Shown here: in pieces, positions 26,241 to 36,440 of the stretch
How the letters are laid out: each line of letters opens with the position of its first letter
How positions within the stretch are numbered: the first letter of the stretch is position 1
NCBI GenBank assembly: GCA_001771615.1
Contig: MEUF01000053.1
Coordinates: forward strand, 1-43,163
DNA from: a candidate division WOR-1 bacterium RIFOXYB2_FULL_48_7
GTDB taxonomy: Bacteria; Margulisbacteria; WOR-1; O2-12-FULL-45-9; XYB2-FULL-48-7
Direction: 5' to 3'
Length of the DNA stretch: 43,163 nt
Notes under the pieces: model-generated
What the model was told of the DNA's origin: nothing
Seen by the model: the letters and a program-made list of their open reading frames with translations, nothing else
Databases searched by the model: none
Translations under genes and position numbers: made by a program

Positions 26241-26960
26241 ATGAAACGGTTTTTATTGACGGTTATTATGCTTTCTTTGGGCACCGCATTATTGGCCAAG
26301 GTAACAATTGTTTCCCCGCGCGATCGGACCCAGATATTTTATGAGACTATATCACTTAACATCCTGGCGGAACCGGCTAGCCGGATTTTTATCAATGACC
26401 AGCCTCTTCAAGTAGCCGAAAACGGCCAAATCCAGGTTGAACTGGAGCTACGCCTGGGCAAAAACTACGTCCAGGTCCGGGATGATGATACAACCGCGGC
26501 TATCAGGCTGATCAGGGTACAGACCTTTCCTGATATTGAGGGGACAAAGGAGAGCTGGCGCAACCAGATTATTTATTTGGCGACTTTGGGACTGATTGAG
26601 GGGCTGCCTGACGGCAACTTCTATCCCGACCGGCCGATTTCCAGGGAAGAGTGGGCAACCTGGCAGGCCAAAGCCTGGCAGCTTGAGGTCAAAGTGCCGA
26701 CCCAAGCGGTCGCGACCGATGTAGCGGTTGATTACTGGCGGGCACCCTATATCAAGGCCGCGCTTGAGGCCAACCTCTTGACCCTTAAGGCCGACGGATC
26801 TTTCGGCCTGGACGAACCAGTTGGTGGTGATCTGACCCGCAGAGGGGCCGTAGCTATTCTGGCGCGACAAAAAATGGTCCAATCACAGTTGCGGGATTTA
26901 TTTAATTTTAAAAAGGGGTATAATAAGGGCACCTTTTGCCGATGGACAATAAAACCATAA
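26241..26960 (+). CDS. secreted SLH-domain protein (Ig-like domain plus 2 SLH repeats)
   Basis: The upstream part of ORF 25923..26960 is antisense to smc. ATG 26241 gives the signal peptide MKRFLLTVIMLSLGTALLA (an alternative ATG is at 26223). SLH repeats: FPDIEGTKESWRNQIIYLATLGLIEGLPDGNFYPDRPISREEWA and TDVAVDYWRAPYIKAALEANLL...LTRRGAVAILAR. Confidence 0.8.
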   Translation: MKRFLLTVIMLSLGTALLAKVTIVSPRDRTQIFYETISLNILAEPASRIFINDQPLQVAENGQIQVELELRLGKNYVQVRDDDTTAAIRLIRVQTFPDIEGTKESWRNQIIYLATLGLIEGLPDGNFYPDRPISREEWATWQAKAWQLEVKVPTQAVATDVAVDYWRAPYIKAALEANLLTLKADGSFGLDEPVGGDLTRRGAVAILARQKMVQSQLRDLFNFKKGYNKGTFCRWTIKP

Positions 26961-28564
26961 GTAAAATATTTCTGGCGCTAATATTGAGCCTGTCAGTGGT
27001 GACCGGGGCCAGCGGGCAATTTAACCAGATCGGTGCCTTACCGCTTGATACTGAACAGGGGGTCAGGCCGCTTGGTATGGGAGGGGCGTTTGTTGGCCTG
27101 GCCGATGATAACAACGCTGCCCTTTATAACCCCGGCGGATTGGCCTGGGCCAAGGGATTGTCTATGCATCTGCGTGACCTGGAAAACATTACGGCTATTC
27201 AGGCCTACCCAACCGGTTTTGGTTCTTCATTCGGTCTGGGAGTAATTTTTAGTAAGATCAGCGGCATTCCGATCGCCGGAGGCACAGCCAATACCAGCGG
27301 CTCAACAATATTGGTTTCTTACGGGACCAAGCTTAATTTTTTACCCGCCTTGTACAAAGAAGAAATATTCCAACGGATTGGTGTTGGTTTCAACCTCAAG
27401 GCTTTGCTGGGTGAAACCATGCAGCAAACCGGACAAACCGATCGCTCCGCGACCGGCTGGGATATGGATTTGGGCGTATTGTGGAAAGGGGGCGACTGGT
27501 GGAATCTGGGTTTGACGATACAAAACTTACTACCAGCCAAGACCTTGAACGGCGGAGAAATCAAATGGGATGTCGGCGGCGAAGAAGATGTGCCAACCGC
27601 TTATAAACTGGGTGGGTCGGCCAAGCTGATCGGCGATATCGGTTCGCCGATTTATGCCGACAACCGGGAACTGATAGTGGCCGGGGAGCTTGACTCTTCA
27701 ACTTTTTATAGCACGCTGCTTAAATTTGGCGCTGAAATTGGCTTCAATAAAAAATATTTCCTGCGGGGTGGCATCAACCAGCAACACAACCTGACCGGAA
27801 CCATTGCTTCTTTTGCTTTTGGCGGCGGGGTCCGCTCGGAAGAGTGGGGGGCAGACCTGGCCAGCTATCGGGAGCCGCTGCGCAATGAGCAGGTTATCGG
27901 TTTTTCTTTTTCCTATTTCCCCAAAGATTGGATTGTCATCAAGCGCCTGGATGTCGACAGGCCTAAAATATTATTAGAGCAGGCGATTGAGAGCATTTCG
28001 CTGTCTGATAACATCATTTGTTATAGCGACACCTTGGAAGTTACCGGCAGGGTTAAGCCGGGAGTTGATGTCTATGTCAATGGCTACCGGGCGGCGGTAG
28101 CCGATGACCAGTCGTTTAAAGTCACGATCCCTTTGATCCTGGGAAAAAACCTGGTGGTGGTAGAAGCCAGGTTCGAAGGAGATAAAAAGATCTGGAAATA
28201 TAAGGTTTTACGTCAAGCCAAAGTTGACTTGCCAATTGAGCCGGCCAAAAAGAAAAACGTTGAAGAGCTTGTCACCCTCGGTGTGATAGATGTTTCCAAA
28301 CAAAAAGAATTTAAGCTTGAAGCCAGCGTGACCAGGGGCGAAATCGCCACCTGGATTGTTAAGGCGGCTGACCTGCGTCTGCCGGCTGTGACAAAGGACC
28401 CCTTCAATGATGTTAAACAAGATGACCCTGTTGCCCCCTATGCCCAGGCGGTTGTTGAGTGGGGGATTATGAAAGCCTATCCCGATGGTACTTTTCGTCC
28501 CAATTCCCCTGTTTCACGGGAAGAGGGGAATAAATTATTCAAAATGTTGAGGGCCGGTAATTAA
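26942..28564 (+). CDS. outer-membrane beta-barrel (FadL/PorV-like signature) fused to a C-terminal Ig-like domain and SLH repeats
   Basis: ATG 26942 gives MDNKTISKIFLALILSLSVVTGASG. The N-terminal signature is GVRPLGMGGAFVGLADDNNAALYNPGGLA. The alternating-strand region ends ...VIGFSFSYF at about residue 330. Then comes VTGRVKPGVDVYVNGYRAAVADDQSFKVTIPLILGKNLVVVEA and the SLH repeat FNDVKQDDPVAPYAQAVVEWGIMKAYPDGTFRPNSPVSREEGNKLF. Confidence 0.7.
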   Translation: MDNKTISKIFLALILSLSVVTGASGQFNQIGALPLDTEQGVRPLGMGGAFVGLADDNNAALYNPGGLAWAKGLSMHLRDLENITAIQAYPTGFGSSFGLGVIFSKISGIPIAGGTANTSGSTILVSYGTKLNFLPALYKEEIFQRIGVGFNLKALLGETMQQTGQTDRSATGWDMDLGVLWKGGDWWNLGLTIQNLLPAKTLNGGEIKWDVGGEEDVPTAYKLGGSAKLIGDIGSPIYADNRELIVAGELDSSTFYSTLLKFGAEIGFNKKYFLRGGINQQHNLTGTIASFAFGGGVRSEEWGADLASYREPLRNEQVIGFSFSYFPKDWIVIKRLDVDRPKILLEQAIESISLSDNIICYSDTLEVTGRVKPGVDVYVNGYRAAVADDQSFKVTIPLILGKNLVVVEARFEGDKKIWKYKVLRQAKVDLPIEPAKKKNVEELVTLGVIDVSKQKEFKLEASVTRGEIATWIVKAADLRLPAVTKDPFNDVKQDDPVAPYAQAVVEWGIMKAYPDGTFRPNSPVSREEGNKLFKMLRAGN

Positions 28565-29431
28565 ATGGATAAATATATAAAAATATTTCTTTGCTTAACG
28601 ATTGGCAGCCTGATGCTGGCAGGCAGCGTTAAGGCTGAGCCGACCGAAGAAGCCGGGCTGTCGCGCGATGAGGCGATAAAAATAATTTCCAATTCTGATG
28701 TGGTTAAACAGAAATTAGGCGACCTGTTTTCCTTTACGACCGGTTATGACCTTTCTAAAATTAACCGGGCGAAGCTGACCCCGATCATTAGCTACATTAG
28801 GGTTGTCCCCAAACGGGTCCCGCCGGATGGGCGCACCATCCTGGAGCTCCAGGCGCAGGTTGAAGACCCGTCAGGCCCCAAGAATATTGCCGGCGTTAAG
28901 GCTGATTTGAGTTCGATCGGCCGGTTAGCCAGCACAGTCTTGGTTGATAACGGCATGTTTGGGGACAAATCGGCTGGAGATAAGATTTACAGTACCCAGA
29001 CCAGCGTCTCGCCGAAGATAAATTTAGGGAAAAAGGAGATCACTGTTTCGGCAGCCAACAAACGGGGTTGGCTGGCCTTGGCTAAAACCCAACTTGATGT
29101 TGATAAGACGCCGTTGATCCTGGAAGCGACTGCCAACCCGGCACGGCTGGCCGTCAAGAGCAAAACCAAGGTGGAGTTAGTTGTCAGGGTTGATAATCCT
29201 GGCCGCAATCAGGACATGGCTTTTATTTACCTGGATATGAGCAGCTTGGGGATTTCCTCAAAATTGGCGCTCAAATATGTGCCGGGGAGCGGCGAAGTTG
29301 AAAGCGACCTCTGGATGGGAGAATTTGTCTTGCCGGAAAATGTCGGGCCGGGAGAATACTGGCTGCCGCTGGAAATAGTCAACCAGTCTGGTGGCAGTGC
29401 TTTTGGCAAAATTGAACTGGCAGTTTATTAA
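28565..29431 (+). CDS. secreted hypothetical protein with two Ig-like repeats
   Basis: 288 aa. Signal peptide CLTIGSLMLAGSVKA. The ATG directly follows the upstream TAA. Two ~95-aa segments are similar in character (…LVDNGMFGDKSAGDKIYS… and …ALKYVPGSGEVESDLWMGEF…). No family recognised. Confidence 0.6.
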   Translation: MDKYIKIFLCLTIGSLMLAGSVKAEPTEEAGLSRDEAIKIISNSDVVKQKLGDLFSFTTGYDLSKINRAKLTPIISYIRVVPKRVPPDGRTILELQAQVEDPSGPKNIAGVKADLSSIGRLASTVLVDNGMFGDKSAGDKIYSTQTSVSPKINLGKKEITVSAANKRGWLALAKTQLDVDKTPLILEATANPARLAVKSKTKVELVVRVDNPGRNQDMAFIYLDMSSLGISSKLALKYVPGSGEVESDLWMGEFVLPENVGPGEYWLPLEIVNQSGGSAFGKIELAVY

Positions 29432-31632
29432 TGTTGTCGACAATTACGATAATCAGTGTTTTCACCGAAATCTTTGCCGCCGGCATTCTAATTTCCGGCG
29501 GTTTAACCTTTTTGCATAAATATTTTGTTCCTCCCCACCAGCGAAAAGACCTTTTTCTAAGCGGGCTGTTTTTAACGCTGTTTGCTTTTTTGGCTGCGAC
29601 GCTGGCTTCACAATTGATGTTTAACCTGGGCCGCCCGCTGGCGGAATTGATTGCCATGCAAAAATGGGTCTCCGGCTCGTTATTATTGTCGTCCCTGCTA
29701 CTGCTGGCTTACATTGTTGAAAAATTTAATCTCCGCTGGGGGCACCTGCTGACTGTCTTGCTGTTGCTGGTAGTCGGTTATTATCTGGTCGAACTGTTTC
29801 AGGCGACAGCCAATTTGGTCTACCGTGAAGAAATTATCGAGCCGGTCGTTGACTATTCTACCTGGATCCCGGCCAAGCCGCTTTTGTCCGGCTGCTGGAT
29901 GTTACTGGCGGGCCTTGCCCTATGGCGGGGGAGCCTGACGAGCGGCGGGAAAAAAGTGCTATTTTTCTATACTGGCGGGGCGGCGCTCCTGTTCCTGGGC
30001 GCATTGCTGTCAGCGTTTTATTACACCAGGTTCGCTGAGGCCGGATATCTGTTGGCTGCCTGGCTCATTATGCTCCTGGCGGTCTTAGCCTTGTTACTGG
30101 GTGACCTGATCCCGCCGGAAACAATTGTGGCCAATCGTCCGCTGCGGTTTTTGCGGACTAGAATACTTTTTAAGCTGGTTCTGATATTTGTTTTATTGAT
30201 TGTGATCCTTTTTGAGGTCACTACCCTGGTGACGCTTAACATCAGCAAAAATGCCCTTTCCCAGACGATTCGCGATTCCTATTTCAGGTTTGCCGATAAT
30301 ATTGCCCAGAAAGTTTCCGCCTTGCCGGTGCAGCCGAAACCGGAAACGCTGCAGGCTATTATTGAAAAGGAAAAGCTCAAAGAAAACAATATTGCTTTTA
30401 TTGTCGACGCCAGGGGACAGTTGCTGGCCCATGTCGATAAAAAGCGGGCGTTGTTAAAGGAAGACCTCTCCGGCAATCAAGGCGTGGCCAAACTATTGGC
30501 AGGCCAGGCTGGGGCCGCTGAGTTTAAAGACGAATGGGGCGGCCTGATGGTCGGCGCTTATATGCCGATTACCAAATATCATTGGGGGGTGGTGGTGGAG
30601 GAGCCGATTTTTTCCGCTTACTTTGAGCTGCGGCGGCTAGAGACCAATTCGCTGCTTTTTGTGATTGCCGGGATAGTCTTAACGGCTTTGACAGGAATCT
30701 TTTTTGCCCGTTCGATCGAGCGGCCGATCAAGGAATTGATCCTGGGTACCGAGGCGGTTTCCCGCGGCGAATTGGGCTATCATATTAACAGCTCATCGGC
30801 TGATGAGATCGGTCGGCTGGCAGAGGCCTTTAATAAAATGACCAAAGATTTGCGTGACAGCCAGGAACGTTTAATTCTTTCGGAAAAACTGGCTTCGCTC
30901 GGAACGATGGCGGCTGGCATGGCGCATGAAATCAAAAACCCGCTTGTCTCGCTGCGCACCTTTACACAGCTACTCCAACAAAAATGGGAAGACAAGGAAT
31001 TCCGCGATAAGTTTTCGCAAATAATCCCGCACGAAATTGAACGGATCAACCGTATTGCTGAAAGTTTGCTGAAGTTCGGACGGCCAATGAAGCCTGAACT
31101 GACCAAAGTAGATGTGAATTCCCTCCTCGAAGAAGTCATTCTCTTGTTTGAGAGCGAAGCCAAGAAGAATAATGTGCGGGTAACCAAAAAACTGGCCACT
31201 TTGCCGCAAATTTATGGTGACGCTGGCCAACTCTCGCAGGTTTTTGTCAATGTCGTCAAGAACGCCATTGAAGCGATGCAGAAAAATGGCGGCGAGATGA
31301 TTGTCAAGACAGATGTCGGCGAGGTTATCAAGCTGGGAAAAATGAAGCGCCAGGGCATTTTAAAAGGGGAAGAGATGGTTTGGGGAGAAGAGGAAGACTT
31401 GGGCCAGCCGACACCGGTTGTTTTTATTGAAATAACTGATACCGGAGAAGGCATTGCCGAAGAGAATCTACGCAGTTTATTTGACCCGTTTTTCACAACC
31501 AAAATGACCGGGACCGGCATGGGGCTGCCCATAACCTTGCGCATTATCGAAGAGCACAAGGGGTCAATTAAAGTCCGAAGTAAAGCCGGGGCGGGGACGA
31601 CCTTTATAATTACGCTGCCGCAGAAGAGCTAA
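29431..31632 (+). CDS. sensor histidine kinase (about 8 TM helices, Cache-like loop, HAMP, HisKA, HATPase_c)
   Basis: 733 aa. Start overlaps the upstream stop (TAATG). H-box MAHEIKNPL, N-box VFVNVVKNAIEAM, G1 ITDTGEGI, G2 TGTGMGLPI. An ~28-aa insert lies between the N and G1 boxes. No response regulator is adjacent. Confidence 0.88.
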   Translation: MLSTITIISVFTEIFAAGILISGGLTFLHKYFVPPHQRKDLFLSGLFLTLFAFLAATLASQLMFNLGRPLAELIAMQKWVSGSLLLSSLLLLAYIVEKFNLRWGHLLTVLLLLVVGYYLVELFQATANLVYREEIIEPVVDYSTWIPAKPLLSGCWMLLAGLALWRGSLTSGGKKVLFFYTGGAALLFLGALLSAFYYTRFAEAGYLLAAWLIMLLAVLALLLGDLIPPETIVANRPLRFLRTRILFKLVLIFVLLIVILFEVTTLVTLNISKNALSQTIRDSYFRFADNIAQKVSALPVQPKPETLQAIIEKEKLKENNIAFIVDARGQLLAHVDKKRALLKEDLSGNQGVAKLLAGQAGAAEFKDEWGGLMVGAYMPITKYHWGVVVEEPIFSAYFELRRLETNSLLFVIAGIVLTALTGIFFARSIERPIKELILGTEAVSRGELGYHINSSSADEIGRLAEAFNKMTKDLRDSQERLILSEKLASLGTMAAGMAHEIKNPLVSLRTFTQLLQQKWEDKEFRDKFSQIIPHEIERINRIAESLLKFGRPMKPELTKVDVNSLLEEVILLFESEAKKNNVRVTKKLATLPQIYGDAGQLSQVFVNVVKNAIEAMQKNGGEMIVKTDVGEVIKLGKMKRQGILKGEEMVWGEEEDLGQPTPVVFIEITDTGEGIAEENLRSLFDPFFTTKMTGTGMGLPITLRIIEEHKGSIKVRSKAGAGTTFIITLPQKS

Positions 31633-31820
31633 AGCCCTTTTATTTTTTCCAGGAAAGACTTCATGCCGTTGCCCAGGATGCCTTCAGAAATAAAACCCTC
31701 CATTTTTTCCAGGATCTGGCTTTTGGCCATAACATAGGAGCAGTCTTCGTTCTCGGTAAAAGTAATATTACCCGAAGTCTGAAAAATACAATTATCAACT
31801 GTGATACGGCAAGTTTCCAT
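31629..31820 (-). CDS. hypothetical small protein (63 aa), doubtful
   Basis: The only ORF filling the 31633-31859 gap. No SD, no clean promoter, no recognisable motif. Its stop overlaps the kinase stop (CTAA). Confidence 0.25.
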   Translation of the reverse strand: METCRITVDNCIFQTSGNITFTENEDCSYVMAKSQILEKMEGFISEGILGNGMKSFLEKIKGL

Positions 31821-31859
31821 ATTGCTCTACTTTTAATATCGGCCTGGTCGTAGAAAAAC

Positions 31860-31889
31860 TTGCACCAGCCGGCTTGGCGTTGCTATAAT
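31860..31889 (+). promoter_or_regulatory. promoter TTGCAC-N18-(TGc)TATAAT, 9 nt upstream of the clpC ATG (leaderless geometry)
   Basis: The plus strand reads TTGCACcagccggcttggcgtTGCTATAATccaattaagATG. No SD. Confidence 0.5.
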
Positions 31890-31898
31890 CCAATTAAG

Positions 31899-34394
31899 AT
31901 GTTTGAAAGGTTTACTGAAAAAGCGATCCGTGTAATTATGGCTTCCCAGGAAGAAGCCCGGCGGCTGGGCAGCCACTATGTCGGGGCGGAGCATTTTTTG
32001 TTGGGGATGCTGCGTGAAGGGGAAAATATCCTTTTTAAAACTTTGGAGATTTTCCGTGCTGACCCGGCCTTTTTAAAAAGCCGAATTGAAGAAGAATTGA
32101 GCTTCAGTGAAAAACAAGGTGGAGCGGTTGGGCTTGAGCTCCCTTTTAACGCCCAGGCCAAAAAAGTGATTGAACTGGCCTGGGATGAAGCCCGCGGCCT
32201 GGGACATAATCATGTCGGGGTTGAACATTTGTTGTTAGGCTTGCTCCGGGAGACCGAGGGGTTAGCCCATAATATTTTGCAGGAATCTGGGGTGACTTCG
32301 GCTTCGGCCAGGGGGCGCGTAATTGCCCTGCTGGGTGAGGGAGCCAGCTTTCCCCGTAAGTCGGCAGCTCCGCGGTACACCAAAACACCCATTCTTGATT
32401 CTTTCAGCCGTGACTTGACCACTTTAGCCAGGGAACATAAGCTTGATCCGGTGGTCGGCCGGGCCAAGGAGATCGAACGGCTTATCCAGATCCTCTCTCG
32501 CCGCAAAAAAAATAATCCGGTCTTGATTGGAGAGGCCGGAGTGGGGAAGACGGCCATTGTCGAAGGCCTGGCCCAAAAAATTATTTCCGGTGAGGCTCCA
32601 GCCCTTTTATTAAACAAAAGAATCGTGACTCTTGATTTGGGCTTGTTAATTGCCGGGACACGGTATCGCGGTGAATTTGAAGAACGGCTCAAAAAGGTCC
32701 TGGACGAAGTGATGAAGGCCGGGAATTTAATTTTATTTATTGATGAGTTGCATACTTTGATTGGTGCGGGGGCGGCCGAAGGGGCAATGGATGCGGCTAA
32801 TATCCTCAAACCACCGTTAGCCAGGGGAGAAATCCAATGTGTCGGGGCCACCACCATTGACGAATATAGAAAAAAGATTGAGTCCGATCCCGCCTTGGAG
32901 CGGCGGTTCCAGTCCGTTATGGTCAACGAACCGAGCGTAGCTGAAACCATTGAAATCTTAAAAGGGCTGCGGGCCCGTTATGAAGATTTCCACAAGGTGG
33001 TTATTACTGATGACGCCTTGGTGGCGGCCGCCAGATTATCGGCTCGCTATATTTCGGATCGCTTTTTGCCTGACAAGGCGATTGATTTGATCGATGAGGC
33101 CTCTTCAAAGGTCATGTTGCAAGCTAAAGGGGCGCCGCCAGAACTGGTGGAAATATCTCAACAATTGGAGCGATTGAGGGGAGAGAAAGAAAAGGCGGTC
33201 AGTGAGCAGGAATATGAAAAAGCGGCGGCCTTGCGGGACAAAGAAGGCCAATTGCGCGAGCAGTACGAAGCGGCCGCCAGGAAATTAGTGGATTTTGAAC
33301 GTTCAACTGCCCCGGAAGTCAATTCTGAAATAATTGCCCAGATTGTTGCCGCCTGGACGTCGGTGCCGGTGACGCAGTTGACCGAAGAAGAGACGGAGCG
33401 GCTGCTTAAGATGGAGGGAGAGCTGAAAGAGAGGATTATCGGACAGGATGAGGCGATCAAGGTTGCCGCCAAGTCGATTCGCCGGGCCCGAGCCGGTTTG
33501 AAAGACCCTCGCCGGCCGATCGGCTCGTTCATATTTTTGGGCCCCTCGGGAGTAGGAAAAACCGAACTGGCCAAACGTCTGGCCGAGTTTTTATTTGGCG
33601 ATGTCGATGCCCTTATCCGGGTCGATATGTCGGAATACCTGGAATCGCATACAGTTTCCCGGCTGGTGGGCTCGCCTCCCGGCTATGTGGGTTTTGGCGA
33701 GGGTGGACAGTTGACGGAACAGGTTCGGCGGCGGCCGCATTCGGTCATTTTGTTCGATGAAATTGAAAAAGCCCACCAGGATGTCATGAATATCATGCTG
33801 CAAATCCTTGATGATGGGAAAGTGACCGATGCCCAGGGCAGGGAAATTGATTTCAAAAACACGGTTATCATTATGACCAGTAATGTCGGTGCCGATCTGA
33901 TCAGAAAAGAGACGCAAATTGGTTTTGCTACCCGGAGCGATGCCCAGGGGAGCTATGAAAAGATGAAAACCACCGTTATGGAAGAGCTCAAAAAAGCTTT
34001 TCGCCCGGAATTCCTGAATCGCCTGGATGAGACGATTGTTTTTCATCCGTTGACCAAAGAAGACCTGACCCAAATAATCGACCTGTTGTTTGCCGATGTC
34101 AATAAGCGCCTGGAAGAGAAAGGGCTGGCCTTAAAGGTAACGAAAAAAGCCAAGCAATTTTTAGTCGATGCCGGCTATGATCCCAAATTAGGGGCCCGTC
34201 CCCTGCGCCGGGTGGTCCAAAGCAACCTGGAAGATAATTTGTCGGAGAAAATCCTTTCTGGCGAATTAAAATACGGCACCGAAGTGAAAATCGACGTCAA
34301 AGATGGCCAATTGACCTTTGTCGGCAAGCCGAAAAAATTTACGGTTGAAGAAAAAAACGAAGCCGTCAAGCTCCAGACTTATGCCAAAAGCTGA
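31899..34394 (+). CDS. clpC: ATP-dependent Clp protease ATP-binding subunit ClpC
   Basis: Starts at [24 protein letters not shown], the canonical ClpC N-terminus. The ORF-track TTG at 31860 is actually the -35 box. Two Clp_N repeats, Walker A motifs GEAGVGKTA and GPSGVGKTE, and a UVR-like [14 protein letters not shown]. Confidence 0.95.
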   Translation: MFERFTEKAIRVIMASQEEARRLGSHYVGAEHFLLGMLREGENILFKTLEIFRADPAFLKSRIEEELSFSEKQGGAVGLELPFNAQAKKVIELAWDEARGLGHNHVGVEHLLLGLLRETEGLAHNILQESGVTSASARGRVIALLGEGASFPRKSAAPRYTKTPILDSFSRDLTTLAREHKLDPVVGRAKEIERLIQILSRRKKNNPVLIGEAGVGKTAIVEGLAQKIISGEAPALLLNKRIVTLDLGLLIAGTRYRGEFEERLKKVLDEVMKAGNLILFIDELHTLIGAGAAEGAMDAANILKPPLARGEIQCVGATTIDEYRKKIESDPALERRFQSVMVNEPSVAETIEILKGLRARYEDFHKVVITDDALVAAARLSARYISDRFLPDKAIDLIDEASSKVMLQAKGAPPELVEISQQLERLRGEKEKAVSEQEYEKAAALRDKEGQLREQYEAAARKLVDFERSTAPEVNSEIIAQIVAAWTSVPVTQLTEEETERLLKMEGELKERIIGQDEAIKVAAKSIRRARAGLKDPRRPIGSFIFLGPSGVGKTELAKRLAEFLFGDVDALIRVDMSEYLESHTVSRLVGSPPGYVGFGEGGQLTEQVRRRPHSVILFDEIEKAHQDVMNIMLQILDDGKVTDAQGREIDFKNTVIIMTSNVGADLIRKETQIGFATRSDAQGSYEKMKTTVMEELKKAFRPEFLNRLDETIVFHPLTKEDLTQIIDLLFADVNKRLEEKGLALKVTKKAKQFLVDAGYDPKLGARPLRRVVQSNLEDNLSEKILSGELKYGTEVKIDVKDGQLTFVGKPKKFTVEEKNEAVKLQTYAKS

Positions 34395-35745
34395 TACCTC
34401 TTTTTTTTGTTCAGCTTGCGGAAATGAATTTCCTAAATGGTCAGGCCAGTGCGCCGCATGCCATGAATGGAACACCCTGGTAGAAGAACCTCAAACTTCA
34501 AAATCCAAAACTCAAACGAAACCTCAGTTTTCGATGTCCAACGTTCAAAAACCTGTCTCAATAACGCAGATTGAGCTTAAGGCGGATAATCGCAACTTGA
34601 CCGGGATCAATGAATTAGACAGGGTCTTAGGCGGTGGAATTGTCGCCGGGTCAGTGGTCCTAGTGGCCGGGGAGCCGGGGATTGGCAAATCAACGCTTAT
34701 GCTCCAGGCCGCCGAGGCGCAAAGCCAGAAGGAAAAAGTCCTTTACGTCAGCGGCGAAGAATCGGCCAGGCAGATTCGCTTGCGGGCAGAACGATTAGGC
34801 ACTTTGTCAAAAAATCTGATCCTCTATCCCGAAACCAACCTAATGGCCATTGAAAAAGCGATCGATGAGGTCAAGCCAAGGCTTGTGGTGATTGATTCAA
34901 TTCAAACCCTTTTTCGCGATGATATCGCCGCTGCTCCCAGTTCTGTTTCTCAAGTCAGAGAGTGCGCTGCTTATCTGGTCGGCATTGCCAAGGCCACTCA
35001 TATCCCAATCTTTATTGTCGGCCATATCACAAAAGAGGGTTCTATCGCCGGGCCCAGGATATTGGAGCATGTCGTCGATACGGTGCTGTATTTTGAGGGT
35101 GAACGGCATAAGCAATATCGCTTGTTGCGGGCGACCAAAAACCGCTTTGGCTCAACAAATGAAATTGGTATTTTTGAAATGAAAGAGACCGGACTGGCCG
35201 AAGTCGCCAACCCATCAGAAATATTCATTTCCGAGCGCCCCAAAGAAGCCCCCGGTTCAGTCGTGACCTGTTCAATTGAGGGGACCAGGCCGCTGCTGGT
35301 TGAAATCCAGGCTTTGGTCACGCCGACCAAGATGCCATATCCGGTTAGGCGGGGGACAGGGGTGGATAATAATCGTTTGGCCATAATCATTGCGGTCCTG
35401 GAGAGGCAGGCTGGATTGAAGCTGGCTAATGCCGATATTTATGTCAACGCGGCGGGTGGGGTCAAAGTTACCGAACCCGCGATCGACCTGCCCATTGCCT
35501 TGGCGATCGCTTCCTGCGTCAAAAACAAGCCCTTTGATGGTAAAACCATCGCTCTTGGTGAAATTGGCCTGGCTGGAGAGATTCGCTCGGTTAACCAGGT
35601 TGAACAGAGAATTAAAGAAGCCGAGAAATTGGGGTTTAAGACTGTTGTTTTACCAAAAGGATCGGTTGCCAGCGCCAAGCAGAGAAAAATCGACCTGGTT
35701 GGCGTAGCCTCGCTCAAAGAAGCGGTTACAAGTTTTCTGCAATAA
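34381..35745 (+). CDS. radA: DNA repair protein RadA/Sms
   Basis: ATG 34381 gives [33 protein letters not shown] (zinc finger). Also Walker A GEPGIGKST, KNRFG and a Lon-like C-terminal domain. It overlaps the clpC end by 14 nt. clpC-radA adjacency is conserved. Confidence 0.93.
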   Translation: MPKADTSFFCSACGNEFPKWSGQCAACHEWNTLVEEPQTSKSKTQTKPQFSMSNVQKPVSITQIELKADNRNLTGINELDRVLGGGIVAGSVVLVAGEPGIGKSTLMLQAAEAQSQKEKVLYVSGEESARQIRLRAERLGTLSKNLILYPETNLMAIEKAIDEVKPRLVVIDSIQTLFRDDIAAAPSSVSQVRECAAYLVGIAKATHIPIFIVGHITKEGSIAGPRILEHVVDTVLYFEGERHKQYRLLRATKNRFGSTNEIGIFEMKETGLAEVANPSEIFISERPKEAPGSVVTCSIEGTRPLLVEIQALVTPTKMPYPVRRGTGVDNNRLAIIIAVLERQAGLKLANADIYVNAAGGVKVTEPAIDLPIALAIASCVKNKPFDGKTIALGEIGLAGEIRSVNQVEQRIKEAEKLGFKTVVLPKGSVASAKQRKIDLVGVASLKEAVTSFLQ

Positions 35746-36433
35746 AGGACCGGACCTCTTCAACCTTTTTATCATAAGCTTCTTCATCATCAAACGCGAC
35801 CAAATGGCCAAAAGACACTTTGACTTTTGTCGGCTTGACGAAGTAGGTGTGCCTGGGGACGATATCAAAACTTCCAGACAACGCGACCGGCAAAACTGGT
35901 GCCCCGGTTTTTTGGGCGGCCAAAAGACTGGCCCGGCGGAAGGCGCCGAGAGACCCATCGCGGCTTCTTGTCCCTTCCGGAAAAATCAGGATAGAATCAC
36001 CGTCAGCCATAATTTTAGTCATTTTTTTAAGGACGGAATAACCGCTCAAGATTGAAGCCCGATCAATCGGGAAATAGCCGGCCGCCCGCAGGTACCAGCC
36101 AAAGACCGGGATGGAAAATAATTCTTTCTTGATGGCAAAGCGGAAAAAGACCGGCACAGTTGCCAGCAGGATGATAATATCGGCCATGCTTTGATGGTTA
36201 ACGGCGATGATCAGGGGGCGATCGGTTGGTACAGCAGAGAGATTGTTGGTTGTAATCCTTACGCCGGAGAAAAATAACAGCAGTTTGGCCCACCAGCGGG
36301 CGGCAATTTGAAACGGGCGCGTAGGTTTTTTCGCCAGCGGGACAAAACAGATGGCGATAGTGGTGCCAAGAATATATGTGGCGGCTGCCAAAAGATACAG
36401 GAAGATTGAATGTACAGCCCGGGCGACTATCAT
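35726..36433 (-). CDS. plsC: 1-acyl-sn-glycerol-3-phosphate acyltransferase
   Basis: I start at ATG 36433 (MIVARAVHSIFLYLLAA..., an N-terminal TM helix). Motifs NHQSMADI (HX4D) and FPEGTRS. The 3' end overlaps radA convergently by 20 nt. Confidence 0.85.
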   Translation of the reverse strand: MIVARAVHSIFLYLLAAATYILGTTIAICFVPLAKKPTRPFQIAARWWAKLLLFFSGVRITTNNLSAVPTDRPLIIAVNHQSMADIIILLATVPVFFRFAIKKELFSIPVFGWYLRAAGYFPIDRASILSGYSVLKKMTKIMADGDSILIFPEGTRSRDGSLGAFRRASLLAAQKTGAPVLPVALSGSFDIVPRHTYFVKPTKVKVSFGHLVAFDDEEAYDKKVEEVRSFIAENL

Positions 36434-36440
36434 ATATACT

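Noticed and set aside
26942-28564. Calling a type IX secretion system on the basis of the PorV-like barrel and the protease C-terminal tail.
   Set aside because: None of the core components (PorK/L/M/N, SprA, PorU) is in the window, and both similarities are motif-level only. I kept it as a low-interest hypothesis, not a feature.
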